64,000 nt of DNA from Octopus sinensis (GCF_006345805.1 NC_043012.1:37944001-38008000); one strand, 5' to 3'; counted from the first letter of the stretch, positions 1-12,646 are shown. Notes: generated from the sequence alone by a model not told the origin. A program made the numbers and translations.

Positions 1-70
1 AGAAAAATTACGACAGAAGGTCAAGAATTGGTATGATGTACTTGAAGCTTATAACGGTGATACCTATAAG
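1..70 (+). CDS. BRD10: BRD10/KIAA2026-like gene, internal exon truncated by the window start (EKLRQKVKNWYDVLEAYNGDTYK)
   Basis: Open frame from position 2 to donor aag|gtaaca at 70/71, phase 0. The peptide resembles the remembered KIAA2026 segment ALRQKVQQWY and joins in frame to 3399. Confidence 0.8.
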
Positions 71-339
71 GTAACAAGTTTGTATTAGTTATTTTATATT
101 GTTGGTACTTTTCATTCCTGATACTTGAATATCAATGTCTTGTGTAGAAGACCCATGTTTTGATGTTTTAGTCTGAATGTTTTAGTATCAAGACTTGAGG
201 AAGTGACCTGAATAATGATAATAATAATAATAAACAGCAACAATAATAATAATAAACAACAACAAAAATAATAAACAACAACAATAATAATAAAAATAAC
301 AACAACAAAAAATACTTTAGGATTGAGGAAAAATACTTT

Positions 340-475
340 AGGAATGAGAACCCAGGTTCGAAATTTCTGCAAGACACCTGATGAAGGCTGGAAGGTATAT
401 CAGCCAAAACGTGGTGTTAACAACAAACAAGAGGAGAACAAATATCCGTCGAATGTAAATAATGTAAATAATATG
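340..475 (+). mobile_element. Penelope-type terminal-repeat fragment with a decayed minimal hammerhead (family A)
   Basis: acac CTGATGA a ggctg..cagcc aAAAC gtg gtgt at 374-417. A second copy lies antisense at 7847-7958. Confidence 0.65.
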
Positions 476-1552
476 AAGACTTGATATTGAACCTTTGTTT
501 CTATAAGATTTGGTCCTTGATTAATTGATTATTGCATTCCATCCAACCGATGCCAGTATAAAAAAGCAACTCCTTTGTGCTTGTGTCTCTGTCATTCTTT
601 AACCTCACAACGCATGGCATAAAACCTTTGCCCCCTCAAATATTCTCTGCTACTCAAGCGAGGGAGTTTAGAGTGTGCCTGTGGCCTTTCCCTTTTCTCC
701 TTTCGTTGTTCTCTCCTGTTTTGCAACTTAGTTATTTTAGTGGCCTCACTAGCGCCGGTAATTTGAAACAAAAGCAGCCAGTACATACTATAGTGTGGTT
801 GGCATAAAGGAGGACATCCAGCCATAGGGACCATGCTAAAGATGATGCTGGCGCTCAGTGCAGCCCTGCTGCTCAACAGATCCTCACAAATCATCCAACT
901 CCTGCCGGCATACAAAATGGACGTTAAATAATGATGGTGGTGGTGATAGGTATGAATTAGATCATTCAATGATGTATAATTGTCAGAAACATGAACATCA
1001 GTGAGGAAATCAATAACCTTTTTGCAACACATGGTTTTGTGCTTTTAAAAACTCACTTTGTGAGCATGTGGCTTCGGGTTCATTCCCACTGCATGGCACC
1101 TTCAGCAAGTATCTCCTTCTATAAACCCTGAGCTAACCAATGCCCTCTGAGTAAATTTGCAGGGCAGAATTGAGTGGAAGCTTGTAGTGTGTGTGTATTT
1201 CTCACAGCGTTCACTATTTTCCTCTTGTTCTGGTCTAACGACCCTCCATGTTTGTTTTCGTTTGGTTTCCTTGGATGTCTCCACTGTTGTGTTTTTGTTC
1301 CCAATTTGGATCCTCCATAAATCCTGAATTTCATTTTAGAATTTATGGGAGCAGCTGTCTTTGAACACTCATATTGTCGTTGAATGCTTGAAATGAGGAG
1401 TAGTTAGACAGTTGACAACTGATGAAGGGTCCTTTTTCTGTGTTTACTTGTCCTGTTTTCCATTTTTTTCTCGTTGTTTGTGTATTTAACTTTTTGTTTA
1501 CGTATATTAAATGTTGCTTGAACCATTGGTGACATAATGCACACACACACAC

Positions 1553-2041
1553 TGTCTGTCTGTCTCCTACGATTTAGATTCCTAACTACTCCCACATTTT
1601 GCAGTGCAGTTTAACCAAATTCGGGTATCTTATAGTTGTGATTCATATCGAGCCCGTCTGAGTATTAGCGCGCGTCTACGATGAGTCTACGATTTTAAAA
1701 ATAATTTAACATCATTTTTTATTCCATTTTAATGCATAATTTTTCCTGTGTCGATGGCGGCGGAGTTGGCGTCCACGCTCAAACACCTGCACCTGTTTGC
1801 TTCTCCCCCTTCTTCCCTCCCTCATGAAGCTGTGGGGAAGGGAGTATAAGGAAATCAACGTCGTAAAGCGTTGTCAAGGAGACCAGCGTTCTTTTAGAAC
1901 AACGACTTCATGGCTTGAAGACACCAAAACAGAAATGGCTAAGAAAGCCCGAATTGGCATCTATAAAGGAAGTAACTCTCTAAAAATGCTTATATAGTTA
2001 TTTCCCTTACAAACCCGAGCAACGCCGGGCGATACTGCTAG
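1553..2041 (+). mobile_element. Non-autonomous Helitron, 5'-eroded
   Basis: 3' hairpin cccgagcaacgccggg followed by CTAG|T at 2038-2042. Near-identical to the copies at 10900-11299 and 18919-19934. Confidence 0.8.
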
Positions 2042-2382
2042 TATATATATATATATATATATATATATGAGTCCATTTGCCCCCACCACTGTTTGACAAC
2101 TGGTGTTTGTTTGCTTATGTCTCCTGTGACTTAGTGGTCTGGCATAAGAGATCGATAGAATAAGTACTACATATAAAAAGAAAATAAGTACCAGCGATGA
2201 TTTGTTCAACCAAAACTCCTCTTCAAAGTTGTGCCCCAGCAGAATAAGATTTTAAACATATAATACCTTGTGTTATATTTGTTCAGCCCAACTGACACAG
2301 ATACTCCCTGGTCATTGTCTCCTTCATAAATATCGCTAACAATGCTATTCATGCATATTGTAGAAATTGAAGGTACGCATTA

Positions 2383-2800
2383 GCACAGGTATGACTGTGC
2401 GGTAAGAAGGTTACTTCCCAACCACATGGCTCCGGGTTCAGTCCCACTGTGTGGCACCTTAGGCAAGTGTCTTCTACCATAACCTCAGGCCAAGCAAAGC
2501 CTTGTAAGTGGATTTGGTAGACAGAAACAGAAAGAAGTCTGTTGTTTATATATACGTATATAGCTATGTGTGTGTGTGTGTGTGTATCTTTGTGTCTGTT
2601 TGCCCCCCCCCCCAATCACTGCTTGAAAACCAGTGCTGGTGTGTTTATGTCCCTGTAACTTAGCAGTTGGGCGAAAAGAGACCAATATAATAAGTACTTG
2701 GCTTTAAAAAAAAGTCCTGGGGTCGATTTGTTCGACTAAAACCCTTGAATGTGGTGCTCCAGCATGGCCACAGTCAAATGACTGAAACATTTAAAAGAAT
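2383..2800 (+). mobile_element. tRNA-derived SINE (main octopus-type family)
   Basis: B-box-like ggttcagtcc at 2435, shared body (gatttggtagac.gaaactgaaagaagc), internal TA/TG tract and tail ctccagcatggccacagtcaaatgactgaaac. More than 10 copies in the window. Confidence 0.85.
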
Positions 2801-3176
2801 GAAAAAAACAAATCGTAAAAATAGATACTGGCATAGTCATTTGATTGAGTTCTAGGTTCAGTCTCACTCTGGAGAAGTGCTTTTCACTGTATCCTCTTCT
2901 TGACTGATTCAGTAAATGGAAACTGTGTGGAAGCCTATTGTATGTTGATGTCTGTGGTTGTCTTCCTTATTAAAGGTAATTGCATGCTTTGATATGTATG
3001 GATTGTTAATAGAGGCACAAAACTGAAATACAAATACAAGTGCTGATGTGATTGACTGAATCCCTTGAGTGTGCTGCTCCAGCATGGCCACGCTCCAATG
3101 ACTAACCAGTAAAAGAATATGATAGATTAATCTGAGAATTGTTTTATATATTTGTTTTTATTCTTGTTTTAGAAAT

Positions 3177-3207
<31 letters not shown>

Positions 3208-3216
3208 ATATATATA

Positions 3217-3248
<32 letters not shown>

Positions 3249-3398
3249 ATATATATATATATATAATATATTTATATTGTGAAATTTGATTTAATATTAA
3301 ATTGAATTTTTCCCTGTAAGTTTGGAGTTATATTCCCTAATATTATTATTATTATTATTATCATTATTATTATTTTTTTAATATATTTTTCTTTCCAG

Positions 3399-3444
3399 GC
3401 AGCTGAAAAATTAGGGCTTGATCCATTTGCCTATAAAGTGATGG
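3399..3444 (+). CDS. BRD10: BRD10/KIAA2026-like exon (AAEKLGLDPFAYKVMG)
   Basis: Pyrimidine tract + ttccag| acceptor; atgg|gtatgt donor, phase 1. Matches the remembered KIAA2026 segment AEKLGLxPxFFKVLG. Confidence 0.85.
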
Positions 3445-3477
3445 GTATGTATATCATTGTGTATATATATATATATC

Positions 3478-3528
<51 letters not shown>

Positions 3529-3537
3529 ACACATTCC

Positions 3538-4642
3538 AAGAAGTAGTTGATAGCTTCCGTTACCTAGGTGACCAAGTCAGTAGCGGGGGCGGGTGTGCTG
3601 AAAGTGTAACTGCTAGAGTAAGAATAGCCTGGGCAAAGTTCAGAGAGCTCTTACCTCTGCTGGTGACAAAAGGCCTCTTGCTCAGAGTAAAAGGCAGACT
3701 GTATGATGCGTGTGTACGAACAGCCATGCTACATGGCAGTGAAACATGGGCCATGACTGCTGAGGATATGCATAAGCTTGCAAGAAATGAAGCCAGTATG
3801 CTCCGATGGATGTGTAATGTCAGTGTTCATAATCGACAGAGTGTAAGTACCTTGAGAGAATAGCTGGACCTAAGAAGCATCAGATGTGGTGTGCAAGAGA
3901 GACGTATGCGCTGGTATGGACATGTGGCGAGAATTGATGAAGATAGTTGTGTGAAAAAGTGCCACACCCTAGCAGTTAAGGGAACCTGTGGAAGAGGTAG
4001 ACCCAGGAAAACCTGGGACGAGGTGGTGAAGCATGACCTTCGAACTTTAGGTCTCACCAAGGAAATGACTAGAGACCGAGACCTTTGGAAGTATGCTGTG
4101 CGTGAGAAGACCTGGCAGGACAAGTGAGACCATAACCCGTGGCCTCTACCTGGGATGTAGCCAGTCCACTTATGCATACCTTTCCTTCTTGGGACACAAA
4201 ACTCTACTTGTGAAGACCTATTGAAGCAAGTGAAAATCTAAATCGATCAACATCAATGGAAATTGTAGCTGTGATACCAGTGCCGGTGGCATGTAAGAGA
4301 ACCATCCGAATGTGGCCGTTGCCAGCGCCGCCCCGACTGGTATCCGTGCCAGTGGCACATAAAAAGCATCATCCGATCATGGCCTCCGTGCCGGTGGCAC
4401 GTAAAAAGAACTATCCGATTGTGGCTGTTTGCCAGCCTTGTCTGGCACCTGTGCCGGTGGCCCGTAAAAAGCACCCACTACACTCACAGAGTGGTTGGCG
4501 TTAGGAAGGGCATCCAGCCATAGAAACACTGCCAGATCAGACTGGGCCTGGTGCAGCCTTCTGGCTTCCCAGACCCCAGTTGAACCGTCCAACCCATGCT
4601 AGCATGGAAAGCGGACGCTAAACGATGATGATGATGATGATG
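3538..4642 (+). mobile_element. 5'-truncated RTE-clade LINE (RT C-terminus + 3' UTR ending in (GAT)n)
   Basis: EVVDSFRYLG...LYDACVRTAMLHGSETW...RRMRWYGHV...RGRPRKTW. One in-frame TAG at 3861 separates ORFs 3438 and 3891. The 3' UTR has internal gtgccggtggcacgtaaaaagca repeats. Confidence 0.9.
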
Positions 4643-5258
4643 ATATATATATATCTTTGTGTGTGTATGTATATATATATCAGGCACGTGCCATCAGTAA
4701 TTACTCAGGGTAGGCAGTTGGCGACCTTTATGTAGTAAAACACACTAAAAATAAGCGAAATCCAGGCATGTGACTGAGTTGAAGGCAGATTTACTTCTGC
4801 CTTTATAGCATGCCAGGAAAACTGTGTTATGGGAGTGTAGACAGCATGTGTACTACAGTAGTGCTATGCGTAGCTGAAATACTGAGATTGAAAAGCAGGG
4901 GAGATTTATGCCTTCCTAATCTACAAAAATATAAAATAGTTTGTGTTTTATGCATAGTAATCAGAGTAACCTTCATAATTTTATTGAATTATGTGTATAT
5001 ATTGCCATAAAAGGAAAATGTTGCTAGTCTCTCCACAGTGAATTTTTTTCACCAAGATGTATTTCAAAACATGTGTAGAAGAGTCAAGTTATGTATTGAA
5101 AATGAAGGACGACACTTTCAATACCTCTTATAAAGCTTTTTTTAAAGTCTTGTAAAGTCTAATATATTCTTTTGTAGTCTTATAACATCTTATAAGTATT
5201 TATTTTGCAATAAATTACTTACTGCAGAGAAACTTTTTGAACAACCCTGTACATATAT

Positions 5259-5695
5259 ATGTGATGCATATGGACAAGGACAGCTGTGTGAAGAAGTGCT
5301 GATCTCTAATTGTGGAAAGGACCTGTGGAAGGGGTAGACTCAGGAAGACATGGAACAAAGTGGTGAAGCCTGATCTCTTTGACCGTTGGGCCTCACAGAG
5401 GCAACAACTTGTGATTGAGACCTCTGGCGATAAGCTGTGCTTAAGAAGACCCATTGTGCCAAGTGAAATCGTAGTTGTGGCCAATACTGGTGTCACGTAA
5501 CTGACATGTAAAAGGCAGCTTTGAAGCGTTGGGCCCCACACAGGCAATGTGGTTGATGTTGGTGCCTAGCACATGTGCCGCTGGCATGTAAAAAGCATCT
5601 TTAAAGCATTGGGACTCACAGAGGCAATGACAAACGGCCAGCACCTTCAGCAATATACTCTGCTTGAGCAGAAGACCCACCGAGCCAAGTGAATA
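5259..5695 (+). mobile_element. Older RTE LINE 3' fragment
   Basis: Degenerate DSCVKKC...GTCGRGRLRKTW, homologous to 3930-4130. Confidence 0.7.
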
Positions 5696-5710
5696 CATGT
5701 ATATATATGT

Positions 5711-5745
<35 letters not shown>

Positions 5746-5770
5746 AATATATGTAAATATTGTGTGTGTG

Positions 5771-5803
<33 letters not shown>

Positions 5804-6482
5804 AGGAGCTTATATGGTGCCATGTAAAAGAGCTGCACGTATAAGTGTCTGTGATGATGACAATATAATCTTGTTGTTTAGCCCTAGGCCAGCCATCATA
5901 AGGCAGACATCATCAAAGGCCTTTCAGACATAATTACATTATATTTTCTTAGAAATAATATATTTAAGACTATTATAATCTTATGGAAGTTTGGGATTTC
6001 TTTTTCAAGATGAAAGTGTGTGATTTAATGCAAATTTGGGTGCTATTTCCAGCAATTTGAGCTGCAATTTTAGGGATTTGTTGTTGTTGGCTCTTGTGTG
6101 TGTGTGTGTGTGTGTGTGCATATGTCTCTTTCTCAATAGACACACATGAATCTCTGTTGATTTACAAGAAGCAATGATGAAGTAGAGAAGTCAGGAACCT
6201 GTATGCAGAGTATTAATCCATTGGAACTGATGTTCTGAGTCACCTTGTTTCCGATTGCTCAGCTATTGGCCATTTGAGCCTGCTTTACCATTAAAATATT
6301 TGACATTTGAAAATATTTTTGAAGATGGGTGCTGGTGTGGCTGTGTGGTGAGGCCTTGCAACCACATGGTTCCGGGGTCAGTCCCACTGTGTGACACCCT
6401 GGTCAAGTGTCTTCCACTATAGCCATGGGCTGACCAAAGCCTTGTGAGTGGATTTGATAGACAGAAACCTGTCGTGCATGTA

Positions 6483-6715
6483 TCATCATCATCATCATCG
6501 TTTAACGTCCGTTTTCCGCGCTAGCACGGGTTGGACGGTTTGACCGGGGTCTGGGAAGCCAGAGGCCTCTCCAGGCTCCAGTCTGATCTGGTAGAGTTTC
6601 TACGGCTGGATGCCCTTCCTAACGCCAACCACTCCGCGAGTGGATTGGGTGCTTTTTACGTGCCACCTGCACAGGGGCCGGGGGGTCCGGCAACGGTCAC
6701 GATTGGTTCGAGCTT
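6483..6715 (-). mobile_element. Stand-alone RTE 3'-tail repeat (other copies near 770+, 9400-, 13505-, 15725+, 16380+, 17607+, 21459+, 23665-, 29300-)
   Basis: Reverse complement of ggttggcgttaggaagggcatccagc...ccgtccaacccgtgctagc...ggacgttaaacgatgatgatg, the tail of the LINE at 4440-4642. Confidence 0.8.
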
Positions 6716-7125
6716 TTTCTAGAGTTGAGTTGGGGGGGGGGTCTAGCTGAGAAAGGTTCCACCAGTGGAAAGAGAGGGAGAGATAGTGGGGGGGGGTGCA
6801 GGTAATAAAGGGAAGCACCAGTGGGGAAGGTTGGGTAAGGAGGAACGATGACAAGGAAAGGGTTGGTGCAGAAATAAAACGTAGGATATCACGAGACGGG
6901 GAGGGGACTGGAAGGAGATGGTCGGATTGAGGCAGTGCCAGATTCTAAACAGGAGGTAACGTAAGATCAGTGGGGCAGTTAATGAGCTGCGATGCTAGCA
7001 GCTTGACTTGGTGGGGGGGAAGGGGTAGTACACAGTGAAAGCATATGTGAAGGAGGGGTAGGAGGGAGAGACACACGCAATGGTGGTGGGGGAGGAGGAG
7101 GGAGGAGGGCATATCCGGTGTAGAT

Positions 7126-7272
7126 GGTGAGAAGTGTTCACCGGTATTGGTGGTGAGATGTGTTCACCAGTATTGGTGGTGGGGGTGGTGAGAAGTGTTT
7201 ACCGGTATTGGTGGTGAGAAGTGTTTACCGGTATTGGTGGTGGGGGTGAGAAGTGTTCACCGGTATTGGTGG
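7126..7272. repeat. Minisatellite, about 26-bp unit ggtgagaagtgttcaccggtattggt x5
   Basis: Units start at about 7126, 7152, 7187, 7213 and 7245. Confidence 0.8.
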
Positions 7273-7846
7273 GAGGGCGGGGGCACCGCCGAATGGCGGA
7301 AAAGATGGAAATTAAGGATTGAAGGATTAAAGGGTTAAATTTCGTAGAGAAAAGATAGGAATATATATATATGTACACACGCACACACAAAGTTTGTGTG
7401 TCTGTGTTTAGCCCACCACCATCACTTGACAACTGTGTTTATGTCCCTGTAACTTAGCGGTTCATCAAAAGTGACCGATAAAATATGTCCTGAGGCTGAC
7501 TTGTTTGACTAAAGGCAGTGCTCCAGCATGGCTGCAGTTGAGTGACTGAAACAAACAAAAGAATAAGTGCTTAGCTTTATATCTTTAAAAAGCAAACTCC
7601 TTGTGAGTGGCTCGTGTGAAAGGGATTGCTTCAGGCTCACTTTTTCCATCTCATTTCTGGTTTCTCCTGGGAATGTTCCAAACTTTAAACTTCATACAAA
7701 TGAGATCACTCTAATAACTTTCCTCATGAAATTGCATTGTTGGTTAAGTAATATTTTTAGAATTGTACGTCTGCCTTTACGTTCTGAGTTCAAATTCTGC
7801 TGAGGTCGACTTTGCCTATCATCTTTTTAGGGTCGATAAATTAAGT

Positions 7847-7985
7847 ACCATTATTTACATTAGACAGATATTTGTCCTCATCTTGTTTGTTGTTAGCACA
7901 ATGTTTCACCTGATATACCCTCCAGCCTTCATCAGGTGTCTTGGGGAAATTTTGAACCTGGGTATATCAGCCGAAATGTTGTCTT
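7847..7985 (-). mobile_element. Family A hammerhead-bearing Penelope-type terminal fragment with a short inverted duplication
   Basis: Minus strand reads agacac CTGATGA aggctggagggtatatcaggt GAAAC attgtg. It is followed on the + strand by an inverted piece gggtatatcagccgaaatgttgt (about 7960-7982). Confidence 0.65.
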
Positions 7986-8515
7986 CTACAATAGTTGACC
8001 AAAACCTTGTGCTGCTGAAAGAAACCAATTGTGTATGTGTGTCATTATCATCATCATCCAGTCTTTTAAATCCAGGTTTTGTCTCCATTAACAGGGGTGG
8101 CTGGATCTTCCTCAATGCCATAGCAACCGAGGTAGGCAGGTGCAGCCCACTCCAACCTTTGAGCTGGCTGGTGCCCATTCTCCTTTGCTATTATCATGAG
8201 GCCTTATCATAGCTGGATTTTTCTACGGGGAGCATGCTCTTGCTTACCCCCAACCTCAGTTTCTAGGCATGAGTGGTCCCGAGACCAAGGCCCCTACCAC
8301 GATGTGTTAGGGAATCTGGTGGAAAACTAGCTCAGGAAGGCAGGGACATTATTCCCTGAGACCCCTTTTGGAACCCCTGTGTGTGTGTATTTACTGCCTG
8401 AAAATCTTATTTCTTTACTTGTAGGACATGGCTCTTATTTAATTTTTGGCTGGTTTTATTTTCCATTAAATGATTTGTATTTCTTTTTGTTTGACCATTT
8501 CTCTTTTTGTTTTAG

Positions 8516-8607
8516 GTAAAAGGAATCCACTTAGAAATAAGAAATATCACCAATTGAGCTTTTACAGGAAAGTGTGGGTGATGAAAAGTATCTGTGATGA
8601 CATATTG
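8516..8607 (+). CDS. BRD10: BRD10/KIAA2026-like exon (KRNPLRNKKYHQLSFYRKVWVMKSICDDIL)
   Basis: tttag| acceptor (phase 1, completes Gly) and ttg|gtaaga donor. Matches the remembered KIAA2026 segment NPLEEKPFHELPFYQKVWLLKGLCD. Confidence 0.9.
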
Positions 8608-9760
8608 GTAAGAGGAAATGTTATTTCTATATCATCATCACCACCACCACCATCATTATCATCTTTATCATCACCATTATCATCATTATTACCACCGTCA
8701 TCATCATCATCATCATCATGTCATCCCTATTACCTTCATGTCATCATCATCATCACCACTACCACCACCATCATACAACTGTCTTTTCCATGCTGGTGTG
8801 GGTTGGATAGCATATCCCAGCCTGCAACATGTTGTACACACGTGTAGAAGCAAGAGAAAACTAACTCAATATTGGTTTTACAATACAAAAGAAGTCAGTG
8901 GCATTATAGAGACCCCCTCCCCCGGTAAAGGGCAGTAAAGGATCCCATTACCTGTGTACCTATATCTATTTGCAGTTATTGTTTTCTTAGTAGGCAGTCT
9001 GCAATATGGCCTGCTGTGTCCACGTCTTCTCTTTTGGAATGGGTTCTATGACTGGATGCCTTTCCTGTCAGCAATTACTTAAAAAATTATTGCCCTCACT
9101 GCGAATTGAAAGCATTCTTTTAGTTCAGTTAAACTGTTGCTCCATCTTGGGAACAGAGGTGGAGAAAATGATTGCAGTCAAGTTGGGAAAAAGTTGTCAT
9201 GGATAGATAAGCAGGATCCAACAGGAATGAAAAGAAAATTATATAAAAAAAAAAGAAAAATTATAAACAATTAAAAATTTATACATTTTAACACCCATTA
9301 AACATGATGTTAACACATATTAAACATGATAAACATAAATAAAAGTGAGTTTTAAAAAAACAAATTGTCTGATTTCAGGGAAATAGACATTTAATTATAT
9401 CATCATCATCATCATAACATCCACTTTCCATGCTGGCATGGGTTGGACGGCTTGACTGAGGACTGGCGAGCCAGAAGACTGCTCCAATCTGATCTGTCAA
9501 AGTTTCTGCAGCTGGATGCCCTTCCTAATGCCAACCACTCCGAGAGTGTAGTGGGTGCTTTTACGTGCCACTTGCATGAGGACCAGTCAGGCGGTTCTGG
9601 CAGTGGCCATGCTCAAAAGGTGTTTTTTATGTGCCCCCTGCATGGGAGCCAGTCTGGCAGCACTGGCAACAACCTTGCTCGAATGTTGTTTTTCACGTGC
9701 CAGTAAGGCAACACTGGCAATGATCACGCTCGGATGGTGCTTCTACTACATATATATATA

Positions 9761-11298
9761 TCTCTTATTATAAAAGGCAGATTTTATCTGCCTCCCTTTG
9801 TCTCTTATAGAAATCTACAATATAGGATTTCTTCAATTACAATTTACCTAGCATTTTTAAGAGTAGAATAAATCGGGTCGTGCCAGGTCCAGTTTTTAAA
9901 ATTTCAACCCCAATTAAGCAAAATTTAGAGAAAACTCACATTGTGGTGTGTAAGTCAAGTGCTTTTCTTAGTGTGGGCTATAGCACACACACACACACAC
10001 ACACAAAAAGGGAGCGATCTGCTTCACTCACGCTATCACTCTAATTTCTACTCCTTTCTCTTTGCAAGTTTGCAACGATTAAAGTGAAACTATTTCGATA
10101 AAACGAGTGAAGTGTACCTTAAACCACTACTAAAAAAAAAAAGACACAGCAAACAGAAACAAATAAATACATAACGATTTACTCCTCACACAATTTCTTC
10201 AATTAGAGTTTACCCATGATTTTTCAAAGTACTTCCATTGGGTCATGCCATACAAAATTTCTTTCAATTTTACCCCCAATTAAGACAAAATTCGAGAAAA
10301 CTCAATATTTTAACATTTCACTCCGAAAGCATTGATGTACATGTGTGTGTGCGTGAGTGTGTGTGTGTCATTCCTCACACACGCATACACATATATATAT
10401 GACAGTGACAAACACAAACGTTTCAAACAACTACATACAGACACGTGTGTGTTTGTTATTAGTAAAAAAGGCGCCAAACACAACTCACTTCTCATTCCAA
10501 CACATTTGCAAAGACACACGGACGGTCGAATTGCTATAACAATACAGAAAAGGTAAATTGGTTTTTAATTTACTTTCTGTCGTTAAATTTTGGTAGTATT
10601 AATTGGCGAGCCGAGCTTCTTTCAGTATATATTTATACATACATAAATATATACACATATTCTGTATATATTTTATTATATAATATTATATATAGATATA
10701 TGTATATATAATTGCAGTATGAAACAGTGTTTATGTATAAACAGACGACATTTATATATAGTTATTAATAAATGTATACATCCGTTGAAAAGAAAAACCA
10801 AAAAATATTTTATTCTTTATAAATGTGGTGTTCAAAATAACATTTTCTTTTAAGAATGTGTATATAACAAAGTATGTGTATATAACTACGTGGCTTATAT
10901 CTTTGTATATAAAAGTGAAGTTGTGTGTCTGTCTCCTACGATTTAGATTCGTAACTACTCCCACATTTTGCGGTGCAGTTTAACCAAATTCGGGTATCTT
11001 ATAGTCGTGATTCATATCGAGCCCTTCTGGGTATTAGCGCGCGTCTACGAGGAGTCTACGATTTAAAAAAAATTTACCATCATATTTTTCCATTTTAATG
11101 CATTTTTTTCGCTATTATATAAGGGAAGTAACTCTCTAAAAATATCTACGATGTGTCAATGATTTAAAAAAAAAAATTTACCTTAATTTTTTTTCCATTT
11201 TTAATGCATTTTTTTGCTATAATTTGGCTATAATTCTCTAAAAATGCTTATATAGTTATTTCCCTTACAAACCCGAGCAACGCCGGGCGATACTGCTA

Positions 11299-11299
<1 letters not shown>
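9761..11299 (+). mobile_element. Composite non-autonomous Helitron (5' TC at 9761, second TC start at 10900, shared 3' hairpin-CTAG)
   Basis: A|TCtcttattataaaa start; internal TCtttgtatataaaagtgaagttgtgtg start; cccgagcaacgccggg hairpin; CTAG|T at 11296-11300. Confidence 0.75.
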
Positions 11300-11337
<38 letters not shown>

Positions 11338-12094
11338 ATATTTCTGAGGGTGACAGAAAGATTATAATTAATATAAACAGCAGTTAGCAATGTTTCACCA
11401 AAAAGCAGAATTACAAATGTCACTAAACGTTATTAGGGTGTTAGAAAACACCTACATTGCTAGAAATAAGAGCTAAACTGCTCTAATGTTGTAGTTAATG
11501 CACATGAATGGAAGCATATACACTTACAGGGAGCATAATCATCCAAAAAATGCTGATTGAGAATTCATCATACTGACATCAGTTTTGGCAATCTCCGTTG
11601 CTTCATCAGTTAAGACTCCTCGATTGTTCGGCTCTCTCCAGACTTACTTCGCCATTAGTATTTATGGTTTTGTCATATATGTATATATATAAATAAAATA
11701 ATAAAAGAATAAAAATCATTAATGATTTGTACCAAGTGGTCAGCGTGGAAATAAAACCTCTTAGGTACATTATATATATAATTATAACAAGGGCTTGGCT
11801 TGTGCCTCACCACGCACTGGAAAACAGATGTCAAGCGACACTATTACCACCATAAGTTCTCTGAGAGAAACACACTACATAAAAGGCTAGCAAAAGAAAG
11901 AAAATGAATCAGAACTTTGGTTAACGACGGACATGATTGTGTTTTGGGCTTAAAGTAATAAAAGCCATTACTCATTGCCTTCATCAGCATTGGTACTCCT
12001 GGCATAAATCTAAATATAGCTCCTTGACTTACTTATGGACAATAACCCTAACCCTGAATACATATATACGGCAGGCTGCTTTCAGTTTCTTATT

Positions 12095-12312
12095 TCTTTA
12101 TTGCTCACAAAGGGCTAAACATAGAGGGGACAAACAAGGACAGACAAAGGGATTAAGTTGATTAGATCGACCCCAGTGCATGACTGGTACTTAATTTATT
12201 GATCCCCGAAAGGATGAAAAGTAAAGTTGACCTCAGCGAAATTTGAACTCGGAAAGTAACAGCTGACGAAATGCTTCTAAGCATTTTGCCTGGCGTGCTA
12301 ATGATTCTGCCA
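12095..12312 (-). mobile_element. Second SINE family (core gttctgagttcaaattccgccgaggtcgactttgcctttcatcctttcggggtcgataaattaagtacc)
   Basis: Repeated at about 7765+, 25588-26545+, 37420-37600- and 39550-39810+. gagttcaaattcc is B-box-like. Confidence 0.75.
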
Positions 12313-12403
12313 GGCTTCTTTCAGTTTCTGTCTACCAAATCCATTAACAAAGCTTTGGTTGGCAGCCGAAATTATAATGTTTGCTACTCGTTTGTTTTGC
12401 CAG

Positions 12404-12646
12404 GAACACCAAGAACCTCTGCGTGAGGCAATAGAACTGCAACCTCCAGAAGAACAAAGGGAATATAACCTTGGCCGCGATGCCGAGGGTAACGTCTACA
12501 TTCATTTCCCACAGTTTTGTGGTGCCGACTTACGGGTCTACAAACACACACCACATCTGAACCAGTTTCCTCAAAATGACGACGACACATCAACCCAGGA
12601 GCCACCGGAGGAAATGGAATCACTGAAAGAGAGAAACAAAGAAGAA
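12404..12646 (+). CDS. BRD10: BRD10/KIAA2026-like exon (EHQEPLREAIEL...LGRDAEGNVYIHFPQFCGADLRVYK...KEE)
   Basis: tgccag| acceptor, gaa|gtaaat donor, 243 nt, phase 0. The YxHFPQFCGADxRxYK motif is characteristic of KIAA2026/BRD10. Confidence 0.92.

Noticed and set aside
2383-2450. tRNA gene calls at SINE heads (also 36003, 38566, 55718)
   Set aside because: A/B boxes are present but there is no complete cloverleaf, and each continues into a repeated SINE body.
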